A program made the position numbers and the translations under genes. The notes below the pieces were generated by a model. The model searched no databases. It worked only from the letters and a program-made list of their open reading frames with translations, and had not been told where the DNA came from. DNA of 36,149 bases from a virus, in the UHGV virus genome UHGV-0015323; one strand, written 5' to 3'. This document shows, in pieces, positions 23,600 through 33,937 of this stretch. Every line of letters starts with the position of its first letter. Within the stretch, counting starts at the first letter, position 1.

Positions 23600-25458
23600 C
23601 AGAAACTACCTTCTTTCGTATTTCCACCTACAACATGTCCATTTTGGATATCCAGATACGTTCCGTCTGAATATACCGCTCTTCCTGTCTTTGTTGACTT
23701 CCCGCCGACCTTAAGTGATCCGCAGGAAAGTGATACTTCTCCTACTGCATTGATTGAGATCTTCCCTTCATTCGTAATCAGGATACTTGCATATTGTCCA
23801 CCGTAAGACTGTATACTCATACCATTATCCTGATAGTGCATAATTCCTACTGTCTCGCCCTTGGTGTTCCTTATAAAAATAGATCCGTTACTAATCAACA
23901 CACCGCCGTTAGATGCATGATCTACAACAATGCCCTGATTTGTCAGAGCCAGAACCACATTGCCATTCGCATCGAGTACTTTTGCGGTTCCATCTCCATT
24001 GTCTTTTCCTCCAAGAATCAGCGTTCCTCCCTTGATTCTGTCTGCCAGCATCGTTCCAGCTACAATAAAATCTGCATAAAAGCCCTGACCAGTTCCGAAG
24101 GTAGTCCACTTCCAGTCCCTTCCATCTGCTGTACGTTCTGATGCAATCTCGAATCCGAGCGTTCCCAGGCACATTGCTCCATAGGTCGGAGATTCTGAAT
24201 CCAGATCTTCAAACAATATCGCCCGGACTGGCTGTTTCTTCGCAATCGTAGACTGCGCTTTCAGCTGTGCTTTTACCCCATTGATGATTCCCTGAACCTG
24301 CTGCCCGATCAGCGTTCCATCGGAACGGATTGCCTGGTCAACACGACTCATAACAGAAGACACATCATCGAGGAAATTATACTGGAATTCTCCCAGCGTC
24401 ACGGAGGTCAGCTTGTTTCTCACAGCATCCCACTCCAGTTCAATCACTCTTGCATCCGACAAGATTCCTAATTTTGAATGTTTACAGTGAACTGTATCTC
24501 CAAGTGAAACCTTTTCCAGTTCTTTCACATCTTCATACAATTCCGTATTCTGTAAAAGCTCCATATCTGCCTCGATTGTCACCTTTGGCTTGTCCACATC
24601 TAACTCAAACTGTTCCCTGCATTTCTTTTTCAGGGCTTCTTCCAGCTGTTCCTGTGTATCGCAAATCGTGGCTCCATTTTCTTCATCATCTTCTCCGGCA
24701 TCCTCGCGCATTTTAACATCCTCAAATGTCATCACTCTATAATGCACTGTCGGATATTTTTCAATCAACGGAGAATCTATCCAAGGTTCTTCTCCCTCTA
24801 TCATGTATCCGTTGTATGATTTTGGGACAATCCTTGTTGCTACATCGGTCATATCTACAGACTCCGAGAAACCATCCTTGACTATGTTCTTGCCATATAG
24901 GACTTGCACTCCATAATCGCCACCAGCTCTCTCATTGATTGTCACGGTATAGTTATCATAGATAATCTCTCCACCCCATCGATTAACGAAAGAATTGCCA
25001 TTGTTTCCATTGATTGCTTCAATCAGATTCATTGTATGGTAATAAGCAGTCGATACGGTCTTGATATCTGATTTTGCTGTATATCTTGCGTTCGGTGCTG
25101 TCATTAGGTCGAGTGCTTCCTGTCCGTTCTTATCTGTTGGCCGGATATCTACCAGGAAGCAATCATTCTTTGCGTCCAAAAAAACAGGAGTAAGATCTAC
25201 GCTCACTCCTGAATCTTTCTTTTCCTTGTTTTTCACTCGGAATAGCTGCTCACCATTGAAAGATGGCATCTTAACTACTGTATTGTCTACGATATACTTC
25301 CATCGTCCTTCCGGATCAATCGGATGTTCCAATGTAGCTGTCCATTCTCCGTTCAAGATAACGTGGATTGTTGCTTCATCCGGAAGTAATGTCATATCTC
25401 CATTGTGCTTATAGTCTGTATTCTCTGGTTTATAAATCTGAATCATAAGCACCTCCAA
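23599..25458 (-). CDS. Tail tip protein Tal (prophage tail endopeptidase family)
   Basis: 619 aa. N-terminal region typical of the siphovirus Tal / Prophage_tail family. Lies immediately downstream of Dit. Confidence 0.75.
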   Translation of the reverse strand: MEVLMIQIYKPENTDYKHNGDMTLLPDEATIHVILNGEWTATLEHPIDPEGRWKYIVDNTVVKMPSFNGEQLFRVKNKEKKDSGVSVDLTPVFLDAKNDCFLVDIRPTDKNGQEALDLMTAPNARYTAKSDIKTVSTAYYHTMNLIEAINGNNGNSFVNRWGGEIIYDNYTVTINERAGGDYGVQVLYGKNIVKDGFSESVDMTDVATRIVPKSYNGYMIEGEEPWIDSPLIEKYPTVHYRVMTFEDVKMREDAGEDDEENGATICDTQEQLEEALKKKCREQFELDVDKPKVTIEADMELLQNTELYEDVKELEKVSLGDTVHCKHSKLGILSDARVIELEWDAVRNKLTSVTLGEFQYNFLDDVSSVMSRVDQAIRSDGTLIGQQVQGIINGVKAQLKAQSTIAKKQPVRAILFEDLDSESPTYGAMCLGTLGFEIASERTADGRDWKWTTFGTGQGFYADFIVAGTMLADRIKGGTLILGGKDNGDGTAKVLDANGNVVLALTNQGIVVDHASNGGVLISNGSIFIRNTKGETVGIMHYQDNGMSIQSYGGQYASILITNEGKISINAVGEVSLSCGSLKVGGKSTKTGRAVYSDGTYLDIQNGHVVGGNTKEGSF

Positions 25459-26180
25459 TTAGGAATAATCTTCAGATTGAACCCATCTGTGATTGATATC
25501 TCGTTTTCTCCTTCTTGTAGAAAAAGGTCTTCATAGTCTCCTGACACTGCTGTGTTGCTCAATGTTCCATCTGCTCTGTATGCAATCTTTCTATCTGTAT
25601 CGATAGTAAGATTCTGTCCAACATCCGCAGACATTTTCTTTCCGTTTACAATCAGACTGCAGTTTCCCTCTCCGCTAATCTTATAGATTGGATGGGATAT
25701 CTCATAAGGATTAAAGCTCACATTCTCTGCAGTGTGCTCATTAAGTCCCTCTAGTAGATACCTCAGACCATCTTTTGTCTGAAAAGTAGCCGTGAAATTT
25801 CCAATCCGCTCGCTTGTATGCTCTGCATCATCAGCACTAACTTTCAGAATCTTATAGAAATGATCCGGATCTGATCCAAGTCGAAGCATCTTGTTTCTTG
25901 CTGACAGCCACTTCTTTGCACATCCCCAACGTTCATCCCACTTGTCTGACGATCCGATATAATTAAAATCAATCTTGATTTCCGTCGATTCATATCCACC
26001 ATCCAGGATGTGCATTGTTCCATCGCTCCCCGGTATTTCTACCGAGGATTCTTTTTGAACTGCCATCGGGATTGACGGAAGCGTCTTAGCATAGATTCCA
26101 AGATTTGATGCAAGAATATTGTTGTATTCTACTTCCATGAAATTTACTTCCATTAGACTCCTACAGCTCCTTTCTTCCAT
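25443..26180 (-). CDS. Distal tail protein Dit (Sipho_tail family)
   Basis: 245 aa. Position between TMP and Tal. LGSDPDHFYKIL...FQTKDGLRYL region resembles Dit. Confidence 0.7.
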   Translation of the reverse strand: MEERSCRSLMEVNFMEVEYNNILASNLGIYAKTLPSIPMAVQKESSVEIPGSDGTMHILDGGYESTEIKIDFNYIGSSDKWDERWGCAKKWLSARNKMLRLGSDPDHFYKILKVSADDAEHTSERIGNFTATFQTKDGLRYLLEGLNEHTAENVSFNPYEISHPIYKISGEGNCSLIVNGKKMSADVGQNLTIDTDRKIAYRADGTLSNTAVSGDYEDLFLQEGENEISITDGFNLKIIPNWRCL

Positions 26181-28291
26181 TTCACGCTCTGTGACATCTT
26201 CTTGATTACCGCATCCGCAAGAATCTCTGCAAGCTTCTTATCGCCCAGTGCAATGTTATTTTCAATCACAAATGTCAGTTCTGACAGTGCTTCTGCAATC
26301 ATCTGTGCAAGCGCAGCATTGTTGGACTGCATCTCATCACGGATGTATGTCTTCAGCAATTCGATTGGCAGAACCGCTTCTGCCCCTGCTTCGCCACCGC
26401 CCATTGCTCTATCTCCGTTCATGCCGAAAATAGTTGGGCTGTTCAAGATACCACCGTTTGCGTACCAGTCAACCGAAAACTTCGGAACTTTCGGTGGAAC
26501 AAGTGACCATTCTCCGCTTGCCTTGAAATGCGGAAGTTTAATTTTGGGAAGTTTCCATTCAAAGTTGAAAAATCCCTTGATTTTATTAATTACGCCTTTA
26601 ATAAAATCTGCAATGCCGCCAAATATTGCATTAACTCCATTTCTAAACCATTCACATTTATTGTATAAAAGGATAATCAAACCAATTATCACGACAATTC
26701 CCATTGGTCCAAGCACGGTCCATAGATTTGAAATCAACGGAATCAATGTTTGTATTCCCATCGCAATATTCCCGATTCCCGAAAGAATTGGAGCTATTGC
26801 TGCCACTACCAATACACATCCGGCAATCAATCTCTGTCCTTCCGGGGAGAGCTGATTAAACTCTTCAATCAATCCGGCAATCAATTCCGTAATTTTGGTA
26901 ATCAGCGGTGCAACTGTATCCGCAAGCTCAGCTGTTGCCTGTTGGAAATCTGCTGTTGCCTTATTTCCGTCTACCAAATTCTTATTGTTTTCCTGCCATT
27001 TTTTTCCTGCATCTACGAGACCCTGATTCGCCATTTCCTGCATGACCAGGTTTACTCTCTCACTTTCGCTTCCGCAAGCTGCAAGTTTTTCATTAAATGC
27101 ATCCTCTGAAGTTCCCGCCCAATTGAGCATATCCGCAAAAGTCCCCGTAACAGTACTTGTTTTCACAGTCTCATTGATTGATTCTGCAAGTCCATCAATG
27201 GGAATGCTATCCCCGTAAGTTGCCCATGCACCAATCGTCCCCTCGATTACCGTGCTTAATTCTTCTTGCGACAAACCTAACGCCTGAAGATTGGCCGTAG
27301 TTGTTGCAGCTGTCTGATCATCTGCAAGCACACCATATAAGGTTCTATAACTTTCCGCTGTTTGTTCTGCTGTGTACCCTGCATTTTGGCTCGACACCTC
27401 AAGCGATCCCATAATTTTACGATATTCTGCTGTTGCAGGTACTGTAGCTGCTGTTGCCGCTACTATGCCTGCTGCCGCCGTTGATATTCCACTAAACTTA
27501 TCCCCTGTCTCTTTTGCTTTATTTCCAAAATCCTGTACTTTTTCAGCATAGCCTTCCGTTGCAGCTGCTCCGCTTTTCAGCTTTTTCTCAACATCTTCCA
27601 GTTTACTTTTGTAACCATTAAGTTTTGTAGTAGTTTCATTTATCTCATTCTTTTTGTCCTGAATTGCTTTTTCATCTTTATTTTCAGCAGATTCAAGAAT
27701 ATCCAATTGTTTTTTTAATGATTCAAGTATTCTTTCGTAATTCTCTGTTTGATTTGAAAGATACTTCTGTTCATCTTTATATTTTACAATCGACTTTATA
27801 TGATCGTCATATTTCGCTTTAAGAGCTTCGATTTCAATCTCATTCGCCTTAATTTTATCTGTAGACTCTGCAATTTCATCAGATAATTTCCTAATTTGTT
27901 CCTTACTTTCTGCTGCACCGCTCTCAAGTTCTTCTGTTACTTCAGCAAGGCCTTTCTGATATTTTGTTAAACTAATCTGTGCGCTTGTAAGCTGGTTCTG
28001 CTTCTTTCGGATTGCATCCTCATTTCTGTTTTCTGCAGATTCCATTTCTTCAAGCTCACGCTTCAGAATTTCCACTTTATCAGAATAAACGTCCGTCTGT
28101 TTTGCCAGATATTCCTGACGGTCTTTTAACTTTTCAACTGCAGTAGTGCTGTCATCCCATGCCGCTTTTGCAATTTTAAACGAATTACTATTTTCCTGAA
28201 CGGCTGTATTTACCTGCTGCATCGTCTTTTGAAAGTCTGCTGCACCATCTGCCTTAAACACTAATCCAACTCTCTTCAGTTCATCTGCCAT
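26153..28291 (-). CDS. Tail tape measure protein
   Basis: 712 aa. Long coiled-coil N-half, internal hydrophobic/TM segments, position after the chaperone pair. Confidence 0.85.
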   Translation of the reverse strand: MADELKRVGLVFKADGAADFQKTMQQVNTAVQENSNSFKIAKAAWDDSTTAVEKLKDRQEYLAKQTDVYSDKVEILKRELEEMESAENRNEDAIRKKQNQLTSAQISLTKYQKGLAEVTEELESGAAESKEQIRKLSDEIAESTDKIKANEIEIEALKAKYDDHIKSIVKYKDEQKYLSNQTENYERILESLKKQLDILESAENKDEKAIQDKKNEINETTTKLNGYKSKLEDVEKKLKSGAAATEGYAEKVQDFGNKAKETGDKFSGISTAAAGIVAATAATVPATAEYRKIMGSLEVSSQNAGYTAEQTAESYRTLYGVLADDQTAATTTANLQALGLSQEELSTVIEGTIGAWATYGDSIPIDGLAESINETVKTSTVTGTFADMLNWAGTSEDAFNEKLAACGSESERVNLVMQEMANQGLVDAGKKWQENNKNLVDGNKATADFQQATAELADTVAPLITKITELIAGLIEEFNQLSPEGQRLIAGCVLVVAAIAPILSGIGNIAMGIQTLIPLISNLWTVLGPMGIVVIIGLIILLYNKCEWFRNGVNAIFGGIADFIKGVINKIKGFFNFEWKLPKIKLPHFKASGEWSLVPPKVPKFSVDWYANGGILNSPTIFGMNGDRAMGGGEAGAEAVLPIELLKTYIRDEMQSNNAALAQMIAEALSELTFVIENNIALGDKKLAEILADAVIKKMSQSVKWKKGAVGV

Positions 28292-28477
28292 ATAACGTCC
28301 TCACCTCCCTCGCTTTCTTCTCACGGAATATCTCATATTGTTCGCAAAAAAAGACGGGACATGAGTGGAAGAACTCGTCCTCTGTCATTCCCATCTCTCT
28401 CGCATCAACCATATATTCAGCCCAATTTATCTCGAGCTGAATGCTTTCATCTGTGCTTTCGATTCCTCTTTTTTTTT
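28281..28477 (-). CDS. Predicted -1 programmed-frameshift extension of the tail assembly chaperone (G-T-like product)
   Basis: Slippery A-AAA-AAG within an A9 run (plus-strand T9 at 28469..28477). The -1 frame stays open for 62 codons (RGIESTDESIQLEINWAEYMVDAREMG...) and stops 7 nt inside the TMP start. Confidence 0.55.
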
Positions 28478-28783
28478 AATTTTGTCAACTTCTTTTTGGT
28501 AAGCCTCTACAACTTCAAGAAGTTCTGTTGGATCCGGCGGCACAAGCTGAAGCGCTTCATCAAACGTCACTTTTCTCCCATTACTTCTTACCATTGCATA
28601 GATAAGCTTTGCTGCAAAATTCATTTTATCGCTGTCAGTTGCTTTTCCAATCTTTTCAAGTTTGTCAATTCTCCGTCCGAGCTTTGAGCCACCTATCTGA
28701 TCAAGATAAAAGATTGTTCCAAAATTCATTTTTGCTTCAATGGTTGTCCCATCTGTAAGCTTTATGATTTTACCTGCATTCAT
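28427..28783 (-). CDS. Tail assembly chaperone (gpG-like)
   Basis: 118 aa. Acidic. Lies between the major tail protein and TMP. Carries the slippery site near its 3' end. Confidence 0.7.
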   Translation of the reverse strand: MNAGKIIKLTDGTTIEAKMNFGTIFYLDQIGGSKLGRRIDKLEKIGKATDSDKMNFAAKLIYAMVRSNGRKVTFDEALQLVPPDPTELLEVVEAYQKEVDKIKKKEESKAQMKAFSSR

Positions 28784-28799
28784 GTGCCACTTGTTCCTT

Positions 28800-29417
28800 T
28801 CACGCTCCTATTGCTGTTGTAAGGTCTGCATCCGTCAGAATCGGTTTTGCGAAGAACTTCTCTTCTGTAAGTCCTGCTGGTGCCGTGGACTCTGTGACCT
28901 TGCTCACGATATTTCCTGCTGCATCAAACGGATATGCTCTAATCTTGATCGTGTCTGTCTGCTCACTTGCTTTCTCTTCAGATGTTGCAATATCATCGGA
29001 GTTCTCAACAAGCTTGCATTTTGGAAACCACTCATAACGAGATTTTCCGTTTTTCAGTTTTACAACCTTGCCATAAGCGAAGAATGGTCTTTCGCTCTTT
29101 CCGCCGGCAAGGATAAGTCCTCCTGTTCCTTTTGTCTCTCCGCGCATTTTGGATATTGTATCGTCCGGGAATGCGATCACAGATACCTCAATGTCGATGC
29201 TGGACATTGGTGAATCTGAATCATAGATTTTTCCGGATGCATACACATCACTTGTCTCAGAGTTCTCAGTTACCTTTACACTCTTAACGACTTCTGTCTT
29301 CTCAACATCAGCCTCGTAAGTGCCATCATACTCTTTGCCCTCTGTTGCATCAGCAAAACACATGTACTGTGCTCCGACTGTCTGTTTCATGGCCGGTTTT
29401 TTTGTATTAATAGGCAT
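28800..29417 (-). CDS. Major tail protein (TP901-1 / phi13 family)
   Basis: 205 aa. Position and overall pattern of siphovirus MTPs. Confidence 0.75.
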   Translation of the reverse strand: MPINTKKPAMKQTVGAQYMCFADATEGKEYDGTYEADVEKTEVVKSVKVTENSETSDVYASGKIYDSDSPMSSIDIEVSVIAFPDDTISKMRGETKGTGGLILAGGKSERPFFAYGKVVKLKNGKSRYEWFPKCKLVENSDDIATSEEKASEQTDTIKIRAYPFDAAGNIVSKVTESTAPAGLTEEKFFAKPILTDADLTTAIGA

Positions 29418-29428
29418 TAGTCAACCTC

Positions 29429-29800
29429 CTAACCAAAGATGCTCTCTGTCATCTTCTTGTAGTATTTTTCCTTGTTTCTTTCAAAGAGTGGCTTCAAGTG
29501 TGCCCTTGCTGCCATCTTCCTGGTTCCATGCTCAAGCATTGGACCGTAATACTTGCCCCATCCAGCTTTGATTCCGCTGTCAGTTCTTTCCAGTGCGAAT
29601 GTACTTACAATATGCGTGTACCCTGCTTTGGTAATCTGACTTCGTGGTTTTGGGAGTCTAAGAAGGTCATTGACGAACTCCTTTGCTCCCTCTTCCACTG
29701 CGTCAAGTGCTTTGTCCGGGCTTACGTTCTCGGAATACTGTTTCAACAGCTCCTCGAAGTCTTCAAGCCCTCCATCGTAAAATGCAATCTCGCTGCTCAT
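29429..29800 (-). CDS. Tail completion / HK97 gp10-like tail component
   Basis: 123 aa. DAVEEGAKEFVNDLLRLPKPRSQITKAGYTHIVSTFA resembles the HK97 gp10 family. Confidence 0.55.
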   Translation of the reverse strand: MSSEIAFYDGGLEDFEELLKQYSENVSPDKALDAVEEGAKEFVNDLLRLPKPRSQITKAGYTHIVSTFALERTDSGIKAGWGKYYGPMLEHGTRKMAARAHLKPLFERNKEKYYKKMTESIFG

Positions 29801-30129
29801 CCAATTACTCCGTCAGTTGTAATTGAGAAGTAAGAATGCCACACTTTATCTTCTGTGACAAATTCATGAGCTATGGCCGGATGATAGCCAAGCTCATTCA
29901 GACGTTTTTTCAGTTCGATTAACTTTGGATTACGAGGTTTCTTTGCGTAAAAACTAATCTGCCATGTGATTTCATTCTCATAATCATCACCAGATGCCAT
30001 TGCGTCTTCCCACATGATTTCCCAGTAATCAATTCTCGGAAATACTTTTTCATTTTTGAGACTACTGACCCCCTCATTCACCGGGCAGCCAGTATCGTGC
30101 AAGATCTCACTCAGTTCTTTCTGTGTCAT
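29797..30129 (-). CDS. Head-tail joining / neck protein
   Basis: 110 aa. Conserved position in the connector module. Confidence 0.5.
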   Translation of the reverse strand: MTQKELSEILHDTGCPVNEGVSSLKNEKVFPRIDYWEIMWEDAMASGDDYENEITWQISFYAKKPRNPKLIELKKRLNELGYHPAIAHEFVTEDKVWHSYFSITTDGVIG

Positions 30130-30481
30130 CGATTACCTCTCTTTCATATGCCGGTGTCTTCAATGTCAGCTCCGACTCCTTAAATCCATCTTTTGTAGTT
30201 GTATGAGCAACATTATAGATTTCATGCTGTTCCCCATCGATAAGGCAGATGCATTTACTGTTGATCTTCTTGTACTGCGGAATCGCAAGTTTCATCGTCA
30301 CCTCAACGCTGGCTGCTGCCAGTTTTGCCCTTGTTGTATCGTATACGGAAAGTTCCCTGTACCATATTCTCTCGTTAGTTGCGCGGAGCCTTTCTTCTGG
30401 ATAGTCCTTTGAAGTATCTTCTTCAATCCGATACAACTCCAATACACCGTCTGTATACTCAGGTAATGTCATTGTCTTCAA
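30107..30481 (-). CDS. Head closure protein (head-tail adaptor)
   Basis: 124 aa. Position and size. Confidence 0.55.
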   Translation of the reverse strand: MKTMTLPEYTDGVLELYRIEEDTSKDYPEERLRATNERIWYRELSVYDTTRAKLAAASVEVTMKLAIPQYKKINSKCICLIDGEQHEIYNVAHTTTKDGFKESELTLKTPAYEREVIDDTERTE

Positions 30482-30764
30482 CCTCCGTTTCCATCTGCCA
30501 GGTCAAAATAACGCTTGCATAATTATCCATGAATTCACTTACACGATGATGAAAAGCATAATACATGTAATTCTTCAAAAGCATCCTGTAAGTTAAATCC
30601 TCCGTGACGCTACAGCCGGGATTCAGGCTCCCGACTGTCTGCTCACCTTCTTTTGCAAGATTCTTCAACTGACTGTCCCGGTAATATGGCGGGATCTGAA
30701 ATTCTTCCCGCATCTCATTTACGAGCTTTTCCAATTCTTCCCCTGTCATCTTCCCGGTCTTCAT
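30459..30764 (-). CDS. Head-tail connector protein (gp6-like)
   Basis: 101 aa. Lies immediately downstream of the capsid gene. Confidence 0.55.
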   Translation of the reverse strand: MKTGKMTGEELEKLVNEMREEFQIPPYYRDSQLKNLAKEGEQTVGSLNPGCSVTEDLTYRMLLKNYMYYAFHHRVSEFMDNYASVILTWQMETEVEDNDIT

Positions 30765-30767
30765 AGC

Positions 30768-31919
30768 TTACTCCTTCGTCTGCGGAACTGTTACCTGTGT
30801 TACAGGAAGCACATACTCTTCCAGTTTTGTCACATCGAAGACAACTGCCACGTTATCATCTACCGCACGACCGTTGGCGTTGCATACTGCAATAATCAGA
30901 TCTGCATCATCCATGGCCTTTGTCTGATCATACTCTTTGACGCGAACGCCGGTTGTTCCCATTGTGTAATATCCAGCAATGGTAAATGCTGCCTTTCCTT
31001 TCGGTACATTAGCATCTACAATCTTCTCAATATCAATAAAGGATTTGTTGATATATCCACCTGTCAGAGCCTCTCCGAACATGCAAGGATCAACGTACTC
31101 TGCTTCATCGGATGGATTGCACACCAGATACAGCTTATCTACCACACGTTTTCCATCATTGGTAAGAATCTTTCTTACTTCTGCAAGACCCTTCGGGCTG
31201 AACTTTGTAATATTTTTCTTTACTTCCTTTGCTTTCTTTGTTCCATCAACTTCGGATTCTTCAAGTTTACGGAAAATGCCAATCGGAGCGTTTTTCCCAT
31301 CTCCATCAATATATCCCTTAACGAGACCATCCTGCATTGCTTCTGCAAGAATCGCTCTAAAGTAGCGATCAACAAACTCCATTGACAGCTCGCGGATTGC
31401 TTTTGGAATCACAAGATATGCAGTGAGTTTGCACAGTTCAATGTTCAATGCAGAAAACTCCATTGATAACTCTCCTGCAATTGCTGCTGTGAGTTCTCCC
31501 CACTCTGCTGTTCCTGAATGAGATGCTACGATCCACTTTTTCACATTTGCAGGAGCCATGTTCACCAGCTTCAGGATATTGGATGCTTTCTTCACATCAT
31601 CCAGTGTGCGGTCAATAATCTCCGTTGGGATGATATCAATCTGATTTGCAGTAATTGACTGCTTAACGTCCTTGAATCCCTCGTAGAATTTCTTCTCTTC
31701 CTGGGACAGGTTGCGGAGTCCGAGCTGTTTCTTGTAATCTGCATCATGACCTGCTCTTTCTGCTTCTGCTACAACCTGATTGATCAGATCTGCGTGTGCT
31801 GCTTCTTCGATCATCTCGATTGACTGCATGATAGCATCTGCTTTCTGATCTGCCGGAGCATTATCCAGCAACTGTTTTACTTTGTCTTTTACTTCCTGGC
31901 TTAATCCTTCAATCTTCAT
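30768..31919 (-). CDS. Major capsid protein, HK97 fold
   Basis: Phage_capsid-like. Start was placed at MKIEGLS (ATG 31919, with GGAGG 9 nt upstream), which removes the overlap with the protease gene. Confidence 0.85.
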   Translation of the reverse strand: MKIEGLSQEVKDKVKQLLDNAPADQKADAIMQSIEMIEEAAHADLINQVVAEAERAGHDADYKKQLGLRNLSQEEKKFYEGFKDVKQSITANQIDIIPTEIIDRTLDDVKKASNILKLVNMAPANVKKWIVASHSGTAEWGELTAAIAGELSMEFSALNIELCKLTAYLVIPKAIRELSMEFVDRYFRAILAEAMQDGLVKGYIDGDGKNAPIGIFRKLEESEVDGTKKAKEVKKNITKFSPKGLAEVRKILTNDGKRVVDKLYLVCNPSDEAEYVDPCMFGEALTGGYINKSFIDIEKIVDANVPKGKAAFTIAGYYTMGTTGVRVKEYDQTKAMDDADLIIAVCNANGRAVDDNVAVVFDVTKLEEYVLPVTQVTVPQTKE

Positions 31920-31933
31920 TCTGTTATTTCCTC

Positions 31934-32692
31934 CTAACCAAAAAATGCACCCCAACCGGTGCTATCCTTTTCTTCCGTCTTCTCTTTTTTCTTATGAGTC
32001 AGCTGATAGAATTCAGCTAACTGCTTCTGATGCTCATTTCTGCTCCTCAATTCCATCTGAAGCGCCTTGTTTTCTTTGAGCACCTCCTGCAGTTTCACAT
32101 CCGGATCATCTTCTTTCTGTGCAACGCCAATCTCATCAATCAGACCATACTCCAGAGCTTTCTGTGGAGATAAGGTTGTAGTCTTATGCATCATCTCCCG
32201 GAGCTCCTCTTCTGAAACTGTAGCTCTCTGCATGAACAGAGCTACACAACTGTCCATTGCTACATCCAGATTGTCTGCTTCTGCTCTCAGATCCGCCGCA
32301 TTTCCTGTGACTGTCTCCCACATATCATGGATAATGGCCGTTGTTCCCTGTCCCATGATACGCTTATCACACGCCTGCAGAATCGTAAAGGCAATCGAAT
32401 GACATCCGCCCATTACAATTCCCGTCTTATAGGATCCATGCTGCTGAAGCATGTTGTAGATAGCTGTTCCCTGGTCTACGCTTCCACCATTGCTGTTGAA
32501 ATAGATCTTGATCTCGTCTGTTTCCGGAATTGCATCCAGAAGTTCCTTGAAGTGCTTAGCTGATGTCTCAGAGTCATCATACTGCCATGTATCCCAATTG
32601 AACGGACCTGTTTTTCTGATGTCGTCAAAGATGAAAATTTCATGTACATTATCAATTTGCTGAAATCTATACACAATATTTTTCTGTTCCAT
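31934..32692 (-). CDS. ClpP-like prohead protease (S14) with C-terminal scaffold-like coiled coil
   Basis: GIVMGGCHSIAFTILQACDKRIMGQGTTAIIHD parallels the ClpP active-site region. Lies between portal and capsid. Confidence 0.8.
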   Translation of the reverse strand: MEQKNIVYRFQQIDNVHEIFIFDDIRKTGPFNWDTWQYDDSETSAKHFKELLDAIPETDEIKIYFNSNGGSVDQGTAIYNMLQQHGSYKTGIVMGGCHSIAFTILQACDKRIMGQGTTAIIHDMWETVTGNAADLRAEADNLDVAMDSCVALFMQRATVSEEELREMMHKTTTLSPQKALEYGLIDEIGVAQKEDDPDVKLQEVLKENKALQMELRSRNEHQKQLAEFYQLTHKKKEKTEEKDSTGWGAFFG

Positions 32693-32765
32693 AGTCTTAT
32701 CCTTTCTTTTTATTTGTTATTTAACGGATAACTCCGAGATAATTGGATCACCTCCCTAAGCTGTG

Positions 32766-33926
32766 TTAACTGGTTTCTGCATTCGAATTGTCCTCCTCTC
32801 CTGTAGTGTAGTTTTTCGTCAGTGCTCTTGCCTGACTGAACGGTGTATTTAGTACCGGATATCCCACCATCTCCCGGATTTCGTCAAAATTCCATCCATT
32901 AGATCTCAGTTTATCCAGGTTATTCGCACTGTCTACCACATCCACGTGCTTGAATCTTGCAAGCCATACCATCACCCGTTCATTCTTGCCTGCATAGTCT
33001 TCCGCGCCTACAAGCTTTGCTGTCAATTCATCGTTTATGACTTCTGCAACCGGTCCGACTGCATACGTGATGAACTCATTCGTTGCGTCGCTTTTTTCTG
33101 TGATATTCCCGTTAAACACTGCTTGTGGAATATCGTAAGCTTCGGCAGTTGCATTATTTATTTCCTCTTTAATTTTGACGAGCTCTTCTGTTTTCGTTGC
33201 TGTCTGTATATCAAGCTGCTCCAGTGCAATTCCGTTTGATTCCGTAATGACAGCAAGGCTCTTTGATTCCAATAATTTCTTTAATTCTTCTGTATATTCT
33301 TCTTTCGTGATCTTTTTATCACTTTCTCCGTCTTTTCCTCTTCGTACAAGATTAAGCTGTCCTGGTACTTTTAATTTGAATTTTGGAGTATTTGCAATCT
33401 GCATCATTGCATTAACAGAATTTGCTGTTGTTTCGTACTGTAATAGCATAGAGTTCAAGAGCACTCTTATCTTCGAGTTGTCGTATCTTAAATGAATTAC
33501 ATCTCCTGACAAAAATGTTTTAAGCAGGGAATATTGTTTTTCCGCTGCTTCAACCGTTATGTTACTATACAGTCTTCCAGTCATTACGTTATCCGATTCC
33601 TGGAAGCTCTGCACCCGGTAATATTTCTCTCCAATCCGGATAATCACAGCCTCCCCTTCTCTCAAAAGCTTTTTTACAACTTTTGTCCAGAAGTACGTCC
33701 CATTCTCATTATCATTGGGCTGAACATTAAGCCTGTATTCATATTTCCTTTTATTCTCGCTCTGTGTTTGGATCAGAATATCCGACTTTGCTATAGCTTT
33801 TGCTATCATGGTTTCCGCTTTTTCCACCGCCAGCTTCGCTATATTTAGTTTTTCAAGCTCAATCGTTATCGTTTCCGCAAGCGATTGTAATCCGTCATTT
33901 TTGTCCTGGAATAAAAAATTAAACAT
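32766..33926 (-). CDS. Portal protein (HK97 family)
   Basis: 386 aa, located between terL and the protease. Confidence 0.8.
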   Translation of the reverse strand: MFNFLFQDKNDGLQSLAETITIELEKLNIAKLAVEKAETMIAKAIAKSDILIQTQSENKRKYEYRLNVQPNDNENGTYFWTKVVKKLLREGEAVIIRIGEKYYRVQSFQESDNVMTGRLYSNITVEAAEKQYSLLKTFLSGDVIHLRYDNSKIRVLLNSMLLQYETTANSVNAMMQIANTPKFKLKVPGQLNLVRRGKDGESDKKITKEEYTEELKKLLESKSLAVITESNGIALEQLDIQTATKTEELVKIKEEINNATAEAYDIPQAVFNGNITEKSDATNEFITYAVGPVAEVINDELTAKLVGAEDYAGKNERVMVWLARFKHVDVVDSANNLDKLRSNGWNFDEIREMVGYPVLNTPFSQARALTKNYTTGEEDNSNAETS

Positions 33927-33937
33927 CGTTCCTCCTA

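Noticed and set aside
28695-28712. TTATCTTGATCAG (minus strand) resembling the pC194 nick-site context
   Set aside because: The core is CTTGATC, not the invariant CTTGATA. It lies inside the tail chaperone coding sequence far from rep. Most likely chance.
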